Below, in pieces: positions 12,205 to 25,456 of a stretch of DNA of 54,034 nucleotides (position 1 is its first letter; each line of letters opens with the position of its first letter). The DNA is from Octopus bimaculoides. Lineage: Eukaryota. The notes beneath the pieces were generated by a model. It was not told the origin of the DNA and made no database searches. It saw only the letters and a list, made by a program, of their open reading frames with translations. Where the stretch lies: contig NC_068984.1 of NCBI RefSeq assembly GCF_001194135.2, forward strand, positions 50,342,207-50,396,240. Direction: 5' to 3'. The translations under genes were made by a program, and so were the position numbers.

Positions 12205-14142
12205 CGTGTGAGTGTGTGTTCTTACTGATACACATACACACACGTGCAAACATAATTATAAACATTATAATTCACATGAGTATTTCACTTGATAGTAAAA
12301 GTATACATTAATACATTTATACATTTCAATAGAGAAACAGATGGTTTCCAACTATTTGCAAGATTTTTGCACTGGAATTTAAATAACACCTAGGTGCTCA
12401 TGTCCCATGAGTATTCGTAAGCATATTCTAACATGTGTGGATATGTATAATGTGACCTATTTATGTGAACATATAAACATCCTTGTATGTCTAAACGTGT
12501 GTATATCTACTTACGATTGGCTATGTCTCTGAAATGCATTGCACATTTTCATTGATTCATTAATAACATTTGATCAAAGTGTTTTAATTAACAGTGTCCG
12601 TTCTGAATTTGTAAAAAAGTTTTTCAAAGATGATGCTGAGTAAATTGTAATATAGGCATTATCACCTCCACTAGTAAAGGCAGATACGAATCCTATGTTA
12701 TTGTCCTAATGGAGTGTCTACTACTTTATCCTTAGATTAGTTAAGATGCTTTGTTCGTCTGTAGTATGAGCTAACATCTATTGCACAAGTGGCTTCTTCT
12801 AGTGTTCACTTTTATCCAGCCAAGCTTATGTCTAATCTATTCTAATTACATTTTTACTGGGGTTTTCAAATGTCTTTGTAGTACTACAACAAAGGCATAT
12901 GTCATCACGACTAGCACGTCACTTACCACCATTGCCAACTGCGCTGATGTAGACATCATCACTGACTACAACAACGATATTTACTTATGCTACAAGCACA
13001 GACTTCGACCCTTTTATGATTTTTCTCTATATCAAAGTGTCCAAATTGTTGAGAAGTATGTAAATATTGACTGAATTACTGTCTAACGGCAAAATTGATC
13101 GCAAAAAGGATTTTTTAATATTTGAGGTATTCGAAAAGTTCATCATGGTGCTCCACAACACGTGGGAAAAGGCGGTAAGGACTTGCTCGAAGTGCTTCGG
13201 TACACCAGAACTACATTAAAACACAATGTTACACACTCCTCACAACTTATTTTTGAATAAATGGGCAGCATGCTAAGTTTTGTAGGACTTACTAATCTTG
13301 CAAACATCCTAGGTTGCTATTTCCTGATTTAATCCTCTGTCCTCTGATTTAATCCTTTGAACATCAGTTTTGGTCGGTTATAGTATCCTCGCTTACGCAA
13401 TTTCAACTATCTCCAGTACACAGGACTTCATAAAGTTTTCTCCGATTATGCGGGGTTTCTTCTCTTTTTCTATCATGAAAGAAAGTTAATTAAATGCTTT
13501 AGAGATGTAATTTTCCATATGAACCAAACCCATCTATTGGGACAGATTTCTTTTCTTTATCATAACTAATTCTTTTTCTACATGAAAGCATCAATCGAGG
13601 CGCCAACAATATCTCCGTGCCAGCTATCGAGATGTTCACTCAATCGTGAGAGCTATAAATTTCGTTTGCTTATTACCAAATTGTAAGTCATACTTTGACA
13701 GCATCCAGTTCCATCGTATTTTGTTACACAGGTGCAAAACCAATATATTCGTTCATTAATTCATTTCCGCTTTTTATTTATTTATTTATTTATTTGACAG
13801 ATGTTTCACAAAAATATTTGAAAGAACAGAAAGTTCAAAAAATAAATTCCAAAGAAGAATTTTAACGACATGAAAAATAATTTTGTAAAGAAGCAATATC
13901 ATTTGCATCAATCCTATACAATGATGAAAATATTATGAGACAATGGTTAAATGTAAATTATCGGCCAAGAAGGCGCCACCGTCGCATTCAGTAGTAGAAA
14001 AGATGTGAGAATGTATGCGCACAGAAATTTTGTGCGATAACGTCGGTATCTAAAGTAGCAAAACAACGGAAAGTAGTATTACCGCACATTCATGTAGGAA
14101 TGGTCGCCTTAACTACTACCTCTAAATTCATTTCTCATACAA

Positions 14143-15222
14143 TCGTCTGTCGATCTGAAGAGAACCATCTAGTCATTCTGGGTTGATTGGGGGACCTTAT
14201 GAGTGCGCAGATGGCTCGTCAGTCCGATCTGACACAGAAGTGCATTCGAACTGTATGGACAAGGGATGCAAGTGGCAATGGGAGATATAATTGCATTTTA
14301 CTTTCTGTCTTACCTGCATAGCTCAGCTGCAATCATTCTGTTAGCCTCAAATATTTGAAAAAACTTGTAGAGAACTGCAGATTTTTCTCCGCTTTCCATA
14401 CTTAATGGTTGATTTTGAAGCCCTTCAGTGAAACTTTTAATGTATCATCGTAGTGCTGTTCAGGCCTTTTCCCGCTTGTTCAACGTGCTGAAGTTGAGAT
14501 TCTTTGAAAGCAGGTGGCCTGGCTTGCGAACTGTGAGCCACGCTCAGCATAGCTGTGACTGCATCAGGACTGTTTGGTGCTGAACAGTTCTGTTCCTTTT
14601 TGTCAGAAAGCCAGTTTTACCACTTATAGCCAAGTGTTTTTCTCAAGTGCGTGATATGGACACGGTTCATCTTTCTTGCATGCCGCCCAAGCTTCATAGC
14701 CATAGAGCAGAACTATGGCTAAGTAAAATCTTCGTCGCTGGGATGATGCATTCATACTTGTGATGTGTGCTGAATGCGGCACTGACTCTGACGATTCTGA
14801 CATTGATTTCATCATCAAGGATAACAATTCGGAAGAGTATGCTTCTAGGAAGGTGAACTTGTTCACTACATTCAGTCATTGTCTATTGATGTAGATGTGT
14901 TCAGCAGATACCTATCTAGTCCAGTGCTGGCTGATTCAATACTTCGTCGAATCGGAATTGTTAGATACGTCGAAGAACTTGTCGTCATTGCATTGCATCT
15001 AAGTCACATTTCAGTGTTGGGAGTTCAGTTATGGCTAAACAGAAAGTCATTGATGTTGTCTGTCGAAACCTTGGTTCATGCTTGAAGCCTCTTGAGACTG
15101 AAGTTTGATTCATTAATGACTTATCTAATACCAATTCCAATGCCTGTGTCTTCAGCTTTGAAGGCATCTGCCATTATAGCTGGCAACAAGTTGAACAGGT
15201 TGTGAACAAACACAAAACCTTG
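14143..15222 (-). mobile_element. RTE (BovB-like) LINE, 5'-truncated and heavily decayed (RT C-terminus to 3' end)
   Basis: Reverse strand reads QGFVFVHNLF..DAFKAEDTGIGIR, LKRLQA*TKV, ILDDEINVRIVRVSAAF, LLYGYEAW, YDDTLKVSLKGFKINH, IPCP..QIGLTSHLRTHK, and ends atggttctcttcagatcgacagacga. Confidence 0.88.
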
Positions 15223-15318
15223 ATTAATTCCGTTGGAGAAAGAGAATGGTTCTCACTGTAATGAAGCACAGGGCAACGAATATATAAGAGAGAGCCAGTG
15301 AAACGCTTTACAAACCAT

Positions 15319-15705
15319 AAATATGTAGGGAGACGCAGTGGAACAAGATACAAGGCGAAAAATGTAGGGGAGCCACAGTCGTATAAGATATAACATTATG
15401 AATACTCATTGCAAGCGGATAGAATGGCATAAGGTAGAAGAACAGAAATATGAGAGAGAGCTGTGCTACAAGGTACAAGATCATGTAGGGGAGAAGCAGT
15501 TGTTCAATGTACATAACCAAAAATATTTAGGAGAAGCACTCTAGTGGAAGGTATTGTACCAGATTTATTTTAAGGAGGCACATTGCCAGGGAGTACAGGA
15601 CCAGCAATATATGAGAAAGAAAAAGTAGTACAAGGTATAAGACCATACCAGAAAGATATAGGATAGGTAATGGAACAATGTAGTGACCATAAATATGAAG
15701 AATTA
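15319..15705 (+). repeat. Degenerate minisatellite, period about 39-43 bp
   Basis: Recurring aatatgtagg(g/a)ga (atg/att cores at 15323, 15362, 15483, 15525) and acaag(g/a)ta(c/t)aag motifs. Confidence 0.6.
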
Positions 15706-16269
15706 TCTAAATGCCGTAGGTGATTAATAATTTATCAAATTTGAAGAGCTGAAATAGATTTATAATTTCTCAGCAGAACTAGTAATTAAAATGTAAAGAG
15801 AACGTAAGTAAATGTTGGGCTTCTGACACTCTATGCCTCTTAACTGCTACGGATCAATTAGAGATCATCTATGTTGTTCACTCTGTGAGAAATAGTAGCA
15901 AAGTATATCCCTCAAATAACTCGCCAATTTCTGAAAAAAAAAATGTAATAACATTCATAACTAGAATGCTTAAGATTGTGATAGAACTGCTGGATCAGCG
16001 ATGATTTAGAGTTCAGCGTCCTCTTCCCACCACCGCTTCCGACGATGACGATTTCAAGAGCAAAATAAATAGAAAAATAAACATTAGAACAAGAACATCA
16101 ACAGCAACAATACAATAGCATATGCACACTCAACACATATCAATTGAGTTTGTCACGCACAAGCATTCATAGATCTCCCTCAGCACCCACATGCCAGAGA
16201 GAGAGACAGACAGACAGACAGACAAAGGGAGAGAGAGTGGGGAAGAGAGAGGAAGAAAAATATTTTAGT

Positions 16270-16550
16270 TTCCTTGCCCTTTTACATCTGTCCCACTGCC
16301 CCAGTGACCTACTGCTAAAAGGCGGTGAGGGGGACCGAAGAGGTGCCTGCTGCAAGTTAATTCTCGTAGAAGTGCAACTGCTACTTCCCATCAATCTCCG
16401 GCTTCTGCCGATCAATCACTCCCTCTCACTTATATCGAGCCTTTTCTTTACTTTCTCTCTGCCTCCCTTTTTATCTAATTATTCATCCAATTCTTCCACT
16501 TTCTCTTTCTGTCGCATTTCCAATCAAACACTCATCTGTGACAGCCATTA
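16270..16550. promoter_or_regulatory. Candidate cis-regulatory segment (Pbx-Hox-like, TALE and E-box motifs)
   Basis: Non-repetitive, GC-richer island. AGATTGATGG (rc 16388-16397), TGATTGATCG (rc 16409-16418), CATCTG (16533-16538) and TGACAG (16539-16544). Motif matches only. Confidence 0.25.
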
Positions 16551-18377
16551 GCAATTCCCACCCCGCATATGTTTCTCACATTTATACAGTCCTACCTCTC
16601 TCCTGGCGCACTCTATTTCTCCGTCTTTATATCTCTTATTTTCTCTACACCCATTCAGAAACATTCCTGTTTCCCCATTTATGTATGCATGTACGTAGGC
16701 AATCATGCATCTAAGTAAGTCAGTATGTATGCATGCATGTATGTATGTATGCATGCATGTATGTATATATGTATGTACGTACGTATGTATGTATGCATTA
16801 TGTATGTAGGCTTGCATGTATGTTTGCATGTATACATGTGTATGTGCATGTATTTAATAACTATGTACAGTTATTAATTCCACGTCCCCATAATATCTGC
16901 TCCATGCCATACAAAGATAACTGTAAAGCCAATCATTAATATTGTTGATAATTATTTTATGGGGAGAGAGGAAAAGATGAGAATGAGAGATGAGGGAGGA
17001 TATTTTAGCGAATATACTTCCTTGTACACACAACAATATGTATGTGTATGTGTGTATACATGTGCATGCGTGTGTGTGTGTGTACTTATGCATGCATTTA
17101 TGCGTGCATGTATGTATATGTGCATATATACAAACACTTCTATTTCTCCTTAAGGCATCCTCTTCCGCTTCCTCAATGCCTACTCCCTATCCGTAGCAGG
17201 CCAGTAGTTTTTTTAATGTAATCTACTATTGCAGCAGCTTAGGTTCTCATTAGTTTGGGAAATATATATCTCTTGTAAGACAATCCAAATGTGATAAAAG
17301 TTTGTAGCTTGTCTATTGTGATTTTAAAAAGTTTCTACTGATATATTTGACCTTCCTAAAGCACGCTGAATTAAAATTAATCTTCTAAGTAAATAAAAAA
17401 CAGAAAACACTGTCAGCTAAAGAGTTGCTACTTTTCACTGTATTTTTTCGATTTCACTCTTTTTGAACTCTGAGTTCTAATCTCATCGCATTGGATTTAT
17501 AATCACACCAACTATCAATTGCGTTCAGACAGCAACGCATACGACAACAACGCCCTACTCGATGGATTTTTCCTCTCAAAAACTGTTGGTGAGAAAAGGG
17601 GTGACTTGTATGGACAATAGCTAGCCTTACACTGGTTATATGTTTGGGTGCAGTGAAATGAGAAATTGAAACATATACGTACGCACATACACGCGCACAC
17701 ATATGTGTCTATATACATATAACATGTGTGAGTCTGTGTGTATGTGTGTATGTATGTGTGTGTGTGTGTGTGTGTCTGTGTATGTGCGTTTATCCTCAGT
17801 TGTAATAAAATATCTAAAAATTACATTGACCTGAAGGGTCACTCCATTTTTTGTAGAGTAAAAATTTATTATTCTTTTACAAGAATAGTACTGAGAGTGA
17901 TCAGATAAACAATCACTGGATTCTGATGCATTAAGTTAATCTTGGCTTCATATAGTCATTTTTTTGGAGTTTATGGAGTTCAGTTATATGGTAATTAAGT
18001 TGTAGGGTGGGTTGTGACGGAGAGGTGTTGTGGAGAAATATTTATTGATTAAATTTGGTGTTATAGTATTGTTCAAAATTTATTCATGCTTCTAGAATTT
18101 TGTAAACGGGTGTATATATTTACATCCTTATTACCATTCAACTGAACCCCCAAAATCCTTGAGCAATGTTATCTCAACTGAGATTATATTACTCCAGGAT
18201 TAATCTAATACATTACAATCCGATGGTGGCTTAGCTATATATACATAATGGTAGCCTCCCACAGTCAGAGAAAAACTGTTCTGCAATTTCTAGCTGAACA
18301 AGCTACACAAATGTTTTATTTAACAGTGACCAAATATATGTACTGTACACTCCATCTATAAAACAGATATTGTCTGA

Positions 18378-18523
18378 ACAGATGTATCCGACATGTACCA
18401 CACGTCAGGTGTTGAAGTGTTTGCAGGGCAATGTAAGACGAAGTGTTTTGCTCAAGAACACAACGCATCACTCGATCCACTCACGATCGCGAGTACAACA
18501 CCCTAACCACTAGGCCATGCGCC
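18378..18523 (-). mobile_element. tRNA-derived SINE family D, decayed head
   Basis: Reverse complement ggcgcatggcctagtggttagggtgttgtactcgcgatcgtgag...gtgttcttgagcaaaacact resembles 30259-30360. Confidence 0.75.
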
Positions 18524-18547
18524 CTCGATATGTGTAGTCACATACAT

Positions 18548-19033
18548 GCATGATGATGGCCGTCCACTCGTGACCGAGGAAGACCATTGCCGACCTTCAG
18601 GAACATTGTTCGCTCTAGGATTAACTTAGATTTTGCATTTGCGGCTCCATCGGTGGCTAATGAACCCTGCTCTTGACAAGTATACACGACTCTGCAAACA
18701 TTACAGACCAAGCTTTCCCCATTCACTATACGAGCCGCGCGCTTTCGCGCAGCTCGCTTAAGTTCTTCATGCTGGATACGTGCTCTCTCAAAAGTGTCGA
18801 TCCACTCCTTAACCTGCTCCCTTCATCTGTGGCGATGACAGGCATTGTTCTCCCAGTCAGTGTACTGCATATCACAGGCCATTAATGAGGACTTGACACA
18901 GTCCTTAAATCCTTAAACGTTGGACTGGACACATTATTAGAATGAAGGATAGCAGGATTCCCTAAGCAGATGCTATATGGAGAACTTGTGAATGGAAGGA
19001 GATTCCGGCAGAAACCAAGGCTGCGATTTAGGG
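18548..19033 (-). mobile_element. RTE LINE 3' end with inverted 5' segment, flanked by TSD
   Basis: Minus 18912->18560 reads FKDCVKSSLMAC..WENNA..FERARIQHEELKRAARKAR, LVCNVC..GFISH, then a (CAT)n tail. Plus 18915-19033 reads RWTGHIIRMKDSRIP-KQMLYGELVNGRR..PRLRFRD. acatacat(g/a)cat occurs at 18540-18551 and 19034-19045. Confidence 0.88.
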
Positions 19034-19040
19034 ACATACA

Positions 19041-19072
<32 letters not shown>

Positions 19073-19476
19073 CACAGCTTCATATGTGATAATGTGTGTG
19101 TGTGTGTCTGTGATTGTGTGTGTGTACGTGTGGTCGTTTTAGTGTGCGTATGTATGAGTGTGTGTATAAAATACATAACAGATATAGCTGCACAAAGACG
19201 TATCTTTGTTACTGCCACTCTTATTTTCAACATCAACAGCACATGTTCGCTCGACCTGTTAGAGGTTGCACCAAGCTCTTTCACAATATAATCTTTCGTC
19301 TAAAAAATATGAGGACACATGAGATAATATAAGCTAGGTTATTCTGGGCTCGAAAGCCAAATGAAAATAGGAAATTGTGACTGTTGGCTGACTTTTTATC
19401 AAAGTTCAACTTGATAAGAGTTCGCTTTGCCTTCACAACATTAAAATTTCATACTCATTGCTATCACTACCATCGT

Positions 19477-19477
19477 T

Positions 19478-19534
<57 letters not shown>
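19477..19534. repeat. (CAT)n microsatellite
   Basis: Direct reading; source of the poly-His/poly-Met pseudo-ORFs. Confidence 0.95.
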
Positions 19535-19536
<2 letters not shown>

Positions 19537-20300
19537 ATTCCCCTCATCGTCGTTGTTGTCATTGTCGTCAACGTCATATATGTATGTATGTGTAAAAACA
19601 CACACACACACACATGGGCTCACACATATACACACACACACAGTGGCTCACACACAAATGTAAAGATTTATATATATATACACTCACACACACATGCACA
19701 CATATGCCTATAGGCAGATGTATTGCCCGTCTGCTTTATCAAAACACCACCATGAAATAATGTGCTTATTTTGGCACAGAGTATACACTAATTGACTAAG
19801 AAATTAGGACCTCTCTTTTTTCCTAAAAGACGAATTACAATAAACATTTGTTGACCACTTGTTTAATCCAAGCCCTCTGAATAAACAATATTCTTGGTTT
19901 GCCCTAAGGCGCTATAATGAATAGGCCAATTAGATTTTCAGCGAATGACTCAAGAAGATGACGTTGCTTATGTGAAAATATAGACATTTTACGTGCTTGT
20001 AGAGCCATCTTTCAATAAATGTCCTTTTGATGTTTTGTGATCGTAATGAATTTTAATCTGAATGAAAAATCAAGCTTTTAAAATCGAAATGGAAAATCAG
20101 CCGAATTCAGTTTTATGCTGGAAATGAAACACTTGTTCCAGGAAATTTCAGACCTCCTTACGGCATCCTGGATAAGAGATATCATATTCCTGATGGTCTC
20201 TTTTGTGTCTTGGTCTCCTTGTTGAATCATATATACATACATAATACATACACACGCACGTACATGCATGCCTACGTGCATACATATTATACATACTGAT

Positions 20301-20460
20301 GGTTGAGGGGTTAAGAAGCACCCTTTGCAACCACGTGGGTTTAGGTTCAGTCCCACTATGCAGCAGAGATAGCACATTGGGCAAGTGTCTTTTACTAAAA
20401 GTTCCCGGTCGACCAATGCCTTGTGAGTGGAAACTGCGCGAAAACCTGTCTTTATATGTC
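20301..20460 (+). mobile_element. SINE family B, head module only
   Basis: ttaagaagc...aaccacgtgggtttaggttcagtcccact...ttgggcaagtgtcttttacta...gaccaatgccttgtgagtgg. Confidence 0.8.
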
Positions 20461-21473
20461 TACACCCATACACACACAAACACGAACACGCATACATACA
20501 GACACACACATGCACACTCAAATACACACACACAAAAACACACACACAAACACACACACACACACATACACACACACACACACACACAAGCTCGCGTAAG
20601 CACATACCTATAAGCCAACATGAAGAAGACTTAGGTGCTATTTTCTTGCAAGACGAGATACTAATCTGCTATGTGCTCCAATACAGACATAAATGATACA
20701 TTAGAATGTGATTTGAATGTTAGTTGTCAGGTATTAGTGTATAGACTACCTAATATGTGCAGGTTTTCTCCTGGTTTCGTACATATATACCTTGTGATAT
20801 GAGGTAGATTTGGCAGCCAATTTTAACACGTAAAAGCTTCCATGCTGGACCATCCAAATATAGAAGCATACAGTAAACTAAAGCGTGTAATTAGAGGATG
20901 ATAAAAGTACAGATTTTAACAACTTGAGCTGCCTCAACATTTTTTCCCTTGTTAGTCCATACATATATTATATTTATACATGAAACAGCAAGGTGTGAAT
21001 ACAAAATAATTTGACGGCTATTGCTATGAGATCTGTTCGTTGAATTATACTGTCATAGCGTGGTGTAATTTGAGGCAGATTTGGTTGTTATTTCTATGAG
21101 GTCAAACGATGTTAAAGTACCCTCGTTTTATATCCCTCCCTTTTAACGTGTATAAACCTTTGTTAGTACATGATTGTATCGAAACATTGTAGATGTTGTT
21201 AGTTGAATACGAAGATGAAGAAACAGCAAATATATTGCACTGAATTATTTTATCAGAAGTCGAATATACAGAACCTCAAGAAATCGTAATCCAGTGACTG
21301 GTTGAAGGAAGAAAAAATAACTGCCATAGGGCGTAGAGATAAAAATGCTATACAAACATTGCTATTACTTCCCTCTTTCTCCATCTCTATCACTCTTTAC
21401 GTGTATATATTTCGTTCTCTATATATCTATATGTCTCTACTCCACAAGATATTTATATTCTTTTTTTTTCTTT

Positions 21474-21660
21474 AATTCTTTTACTTGTTCCAGTCATTTG
21501 ATTGCGACCATGCCGGAGCACCACCTTTAGTCGAGCAAATCGACCCCGGGACTTATTCTTTGTAAGCTTAATATTTATTCTATCGGTCTTTTACCGAACC
21601 GTTAGGTTACGAGGACGTAAACACACCAGCGTCGGTTGTCAATCGATGTTCGGGGGACCA

Positions 21661-21662
<2 letters not shown>
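21474..21662 (-). mobile_element. SINE family B, tail module (head may lie in the adjacent gap)
   Basis: Reverse complement matches 35765-35960 (ttgacaaccga.gctggtgtgtttacgtc...gaccgatagaataa...ggggtcgatttgctcgactaaagg.ggtgctcc.gcatgg.cgca.tcaaatgact). Confidence 0.9.
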
Positions 21663-21723
<61 letters not shown>

Positions 21724-22989
21724 CATGCATANNNNNNNNNNNNNNNNNNNNNNNNNNNNNNNNNNNNNNNNNNNNNNNNNNNNNNNNNNNNNNNNNNNNN
21801 NNNNNNNNNNNNNNNNNNNNNNNNNNNNNNNNNNNNNATATAGGCCACATGGACAAAAGGCAAGGGGAAAAAAATTAAAGAGAAACTGAATGAAAATCAG
21901 TTTCATTTCACTCAAAGCTATTTTCGAATATTTCGTTCATTCATTCTACCACTTGATGTCCATAAAATGCTTCCTAATACTCCCCGCCCCTTCACACTTT
22001 CTGCCTTTCTCCAAATCCTTTCTTGGCAGATGGTAGAGTTTGGTTTGACGGACGTTTGTATGATTCTTCTCAAAATACGTTTTGAAGGAAATTTCTCTGT
22101 GAATTGGTAAATATTAGTAAATATAGCTATGCAGATGATATCTGAACGCAAAAGCCGACATACATGCAGGCATTTCCCCACACACACTCACACAAGTTTG
22201 AGGATGTATAACTTCAACTGAAAGCAGCTACTGAAGTACTTGAGATTCGTGTTACTTCCGTAACTACTCGTGTTGAATATTTTCAACCACAAAATTAAAA
22301 AGAAATGTGTGTATGTGTATGCATGTAGGAAAGTATGTATGTATACACAAATACACGCACACACACACACACATATAGCTAATTTAACGTATACTTTCTC
22401 TCGCCGTTTATTAATTCTAATGCACTTTAAATTCTACGTATATATACATGTGTGTGTGTATATGTGTTTCATATATGCATTGCGAGATTAATAACCTGAT
22501 TCAGAACATTCAATATACGTATGTTTCAGAACAATGTGTTAGATGAGTATAGTGCGGTAATAAGAGAAAGAGATAACACAGGAAAACAATGGTCATGTTA
22601 TGAACTTCATTAGCTTACAGCTGTTTCTGCTAAAAGATGCAGTGGACTCGTAGTTGAGTGCCTGAATAACATAGTTTGGGTTCATTGGAGTCTCGAATAT
22701 GTAGTGTAATTTATTTGATGAAAAAGAATTATATTTTGCACTATACAGGGAAGGCATTACCAGTGAGAATGTCATTAATGATGTAAATGTAATTACTTTT
22801 TGATTGGTAATATCTTCCCTGTATATTGCACAAATGTGCCATCTTGAGTAAAGAATTGTTTTACGTTATATCAACTTGCTTGTTTGTTACTTCTTAAAAC
22901 ATAACGGCAGAAGACATCACTTGAACATATATAGACGATTTGTTTGAGAGTCGGTCAGAAAGTTTCGCGATATTTGTTCTCGAGGCTGC

Positions 22990-23150
22990 GTGGTTAAATC
23001 CTGTCGAGGTCAACTTTACCCTTCGGAGTCAATAAAAATCCAATCTATGGTGGTGTATTGGCAGAACTACAAGAAATTCGATCGGGATACCTTGCAGTAT
23101 TCGTTTGGACTCTTTTCGTTCTGAGTTCAAATATCACCAAAGCCTATTTG
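22990..23150 (+). mobile_element. SINE family A remnants
   Basis: gaggtcaactttacccttcggagtcaataaaa and ttcgttctgagttcaaat motifs. Confidence 0.5.
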
Positions 23151-23350
23151 TGTGGTATATTTAAGACATCTCTCAGTTTAACTCATTCTGATGAGGCTTC
23201 TAATTTGGTGATACTTTCTTCTCTCTCTCTCCTATTAGCCTCAAAGCACTTGTAACTGGTCATGCGCATTGCATTCTCTCCTGACTAAAAGATGAAAAAA
23301 ATACATGTATATATGTTTCTGCAGATGTATATATATTCAGGTATTATAAT

Positions 23351-23534
23351 CCTTTCTACTATAGACACAAGGCCTGAATTATCTTGGGGTGGGGTGGGGG
23401 CTAGTCGATTACATCGTCCTAATACCCAATTGGTACTCATTTCTTCGACTCCGGAAAGATAAATGACAAGGACGACCTCGGCAGAATTTGAACTCAGGAC
23501 GTAGAGACTCGTGCTAACGATTTTGCCATCTCGC
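23351..23534 (-). mobile_element. SINE family A copy with internal deletion
   Basis: ggcacaagg-like 3' end, agtcgattacatcg, gacctcggcagaatttgaactcaggacgt, tgctaacgattttgccatctcgcc. Confidence 0.82.
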
Positions 23535-23544
23535 CTCTTTTAAT

Positions 23545-23696
23545 GGTTTCAAATTTTGGCTCAGGGCCAATAGTTTTTGAAAAAAAATGAAATGTAATGT
23601 CGGCCACGGTGGAATTTGAACTCAGAACGTAAAGCCAGAAGAAATGAAGCTAAGTATTTTGTCTGACACGATAATGATTCTGCCAGCTCGCCGCCT
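23545..23696 (-). mobile_element. SINE family A copy, tandem with the previous one
   Basis: ggaatttgaactcagaacgtaaag...gattctgccagctcgccgcc. Confidence 0.82.
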
Positions 23697-24070
23697 TATG
23701 CTTAGGTATGCATAGTATGCGTATATTTGCAATAACAAATCTCAGAAGGTGCGAAATTTGGTTCCAGCATAACTCCTGGAACACTGCTCCACTGATATCT
23801 CCAGTTATGCTGAATTCATACCAAATAAACAATTAAAGTAGGTAATTAGTTTAACCTAATGAATGCACTTCATTTCATGATCTATACCCTAAAACACAAC
23901 TTCCAGATTTGAAAAGAGGACGTTGTAAGCCGTATTGAAATACTCTCGACTATTTAGTACATTAGTCAATACTTTCCGGCAGGAAGAAGTTGTCCCTATA
24001 CTCACCCCAATACACATATACTTAAACTGATTAAGTATTATTCACTCTGTCTCTCTCCCATTTCTGTCCT

Positions 24071-24113
<43 letters not shown>

Positions 24114-24297
24114 TTGCTGTTCAGTTGTTCATGTCACGTACCTTCGAGCAAGTACCTTAGTATATTTGTGATTTATAGAGCCTTATACTGTAAAATATCG
24201 CTATGACTCATTACCTTATGATACACACATGCATATATCTTGACACACGTAAACACGCAAACTCTCCGCTTTCTCACTATTTTCCAATCTTTTTCTA

Positions 24298-24365
<68 letters not shown>

Positions 24366-24375
24366 NNNNNNNNNN

Positions 24376-24412
<37 letters not shown>

Positions 24413-24869
24413 CACACCAGACACACACTGTACATGTACCAACGAAGTTACTTATAAGATGCGTATCGACCTACTAATAATAGAGATGGGAAAAGATACC
24501 TATTTCATACTCTGCTATCTTAAAACCAAGTTTTAGATATAAAATGTTCCAAAAAACAAAGAAAAGAAAAAGAAGAAAAAGGAAAAGCAGGTTAGTCACA
24601 TTTGGAAACTTTTGACCCTACAGGAGTGAATCAGCAAGAAACTACACGATTCAAATATCTCCAAGAACATATACTTCAATATTCCAATGCAGCAAATGAA
24701 TTTCTTTCAACAATAGTGTAGCACTGAGATTCCTAATCGTAATAGAAGCATAGCATGTTGAAAAGACTTCATTAGAACATAGCTTGCTGAACTATAACTT
24801 TACTCATCATAATTATCCCTAGCAATTTCTAGAATAGAGGTATTAGCCGATACAAACGACTCTATGACC

Positions 24870-25005
24870 AACAACTCGTTCTATTTACACCTAATGGATG
24901 AGAAGCGAAGTTGACTTCGGTGGGATTTCAAGGCAGAACGTAAAGAACTAGAACATATACCTCAATGCATTTTGTTCGACGCTCTGTCGATTCTTCCAAT
25001 CTCAG
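24870..25005 (-). mobile_element. SINE family A, old remnant
   Basis: ggatgagaagcgaagttgacttcggtgggatttcaaggcagaacgtaaag resembles the reverse complement of family A. Confidence 0.55.
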
Positions 25006-25456
25006 TTCTGTAATCTCAAATTTGTCTCTTTAAAATATTGTTGGAATATACAGAGCTTTTAATTCAGTCCTTGTATTAGTAATTCACTATAATCATGGCG
25101 CATAACGGACGTACGATAACAATGCTTCTTATCACGAAACATATCTTAACAAGGGTTTTCAATTGCCATCAATGCGTCATATTCCTAAGACTAAGTTGCA
25201 TGCTCCTCACCCCGTCGTCAACTAGTGTTTCAAGTTTATCAGTAAATAATATTTGTCAATGGAATACCAATGAAGTATTCTAGTCCGTGTGCATGCGCGA
25301 GCACGTGTGTATACGTGCATGTGTGCGTGTATGCTTACGCACACACTCAACCGAAACACACATATCTATCTATCCGTTTGTCTGACTGCCTGTCGTTTTA
25401 TCTGTTTGTCTAAACAATGTCTGTATCAATGCATGACTATATATATATATATATAT

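Noticed and set aside
15319-15705. CRISPR-like repeat-spacer array
   Set aside because: Eukaryotic context, repeats not conserved, spacers mutually similar and no cas genes; it is a decayed minisatellite.
20078-20240. Non-repetitive stretch open on both strands (ISRIQFYAGNETLVPGNFRPPYG / TIRNMISLIQDAVRRSEISWNK)
   Set aside because: No recognisable motif and no convincing splice-site pair; needs BLASTX.
21918-22187. 89-aa minus-strand ORF with a possible acceptor
   Set aside because: No recognisable domain; short ORFs of this length arise by chance.
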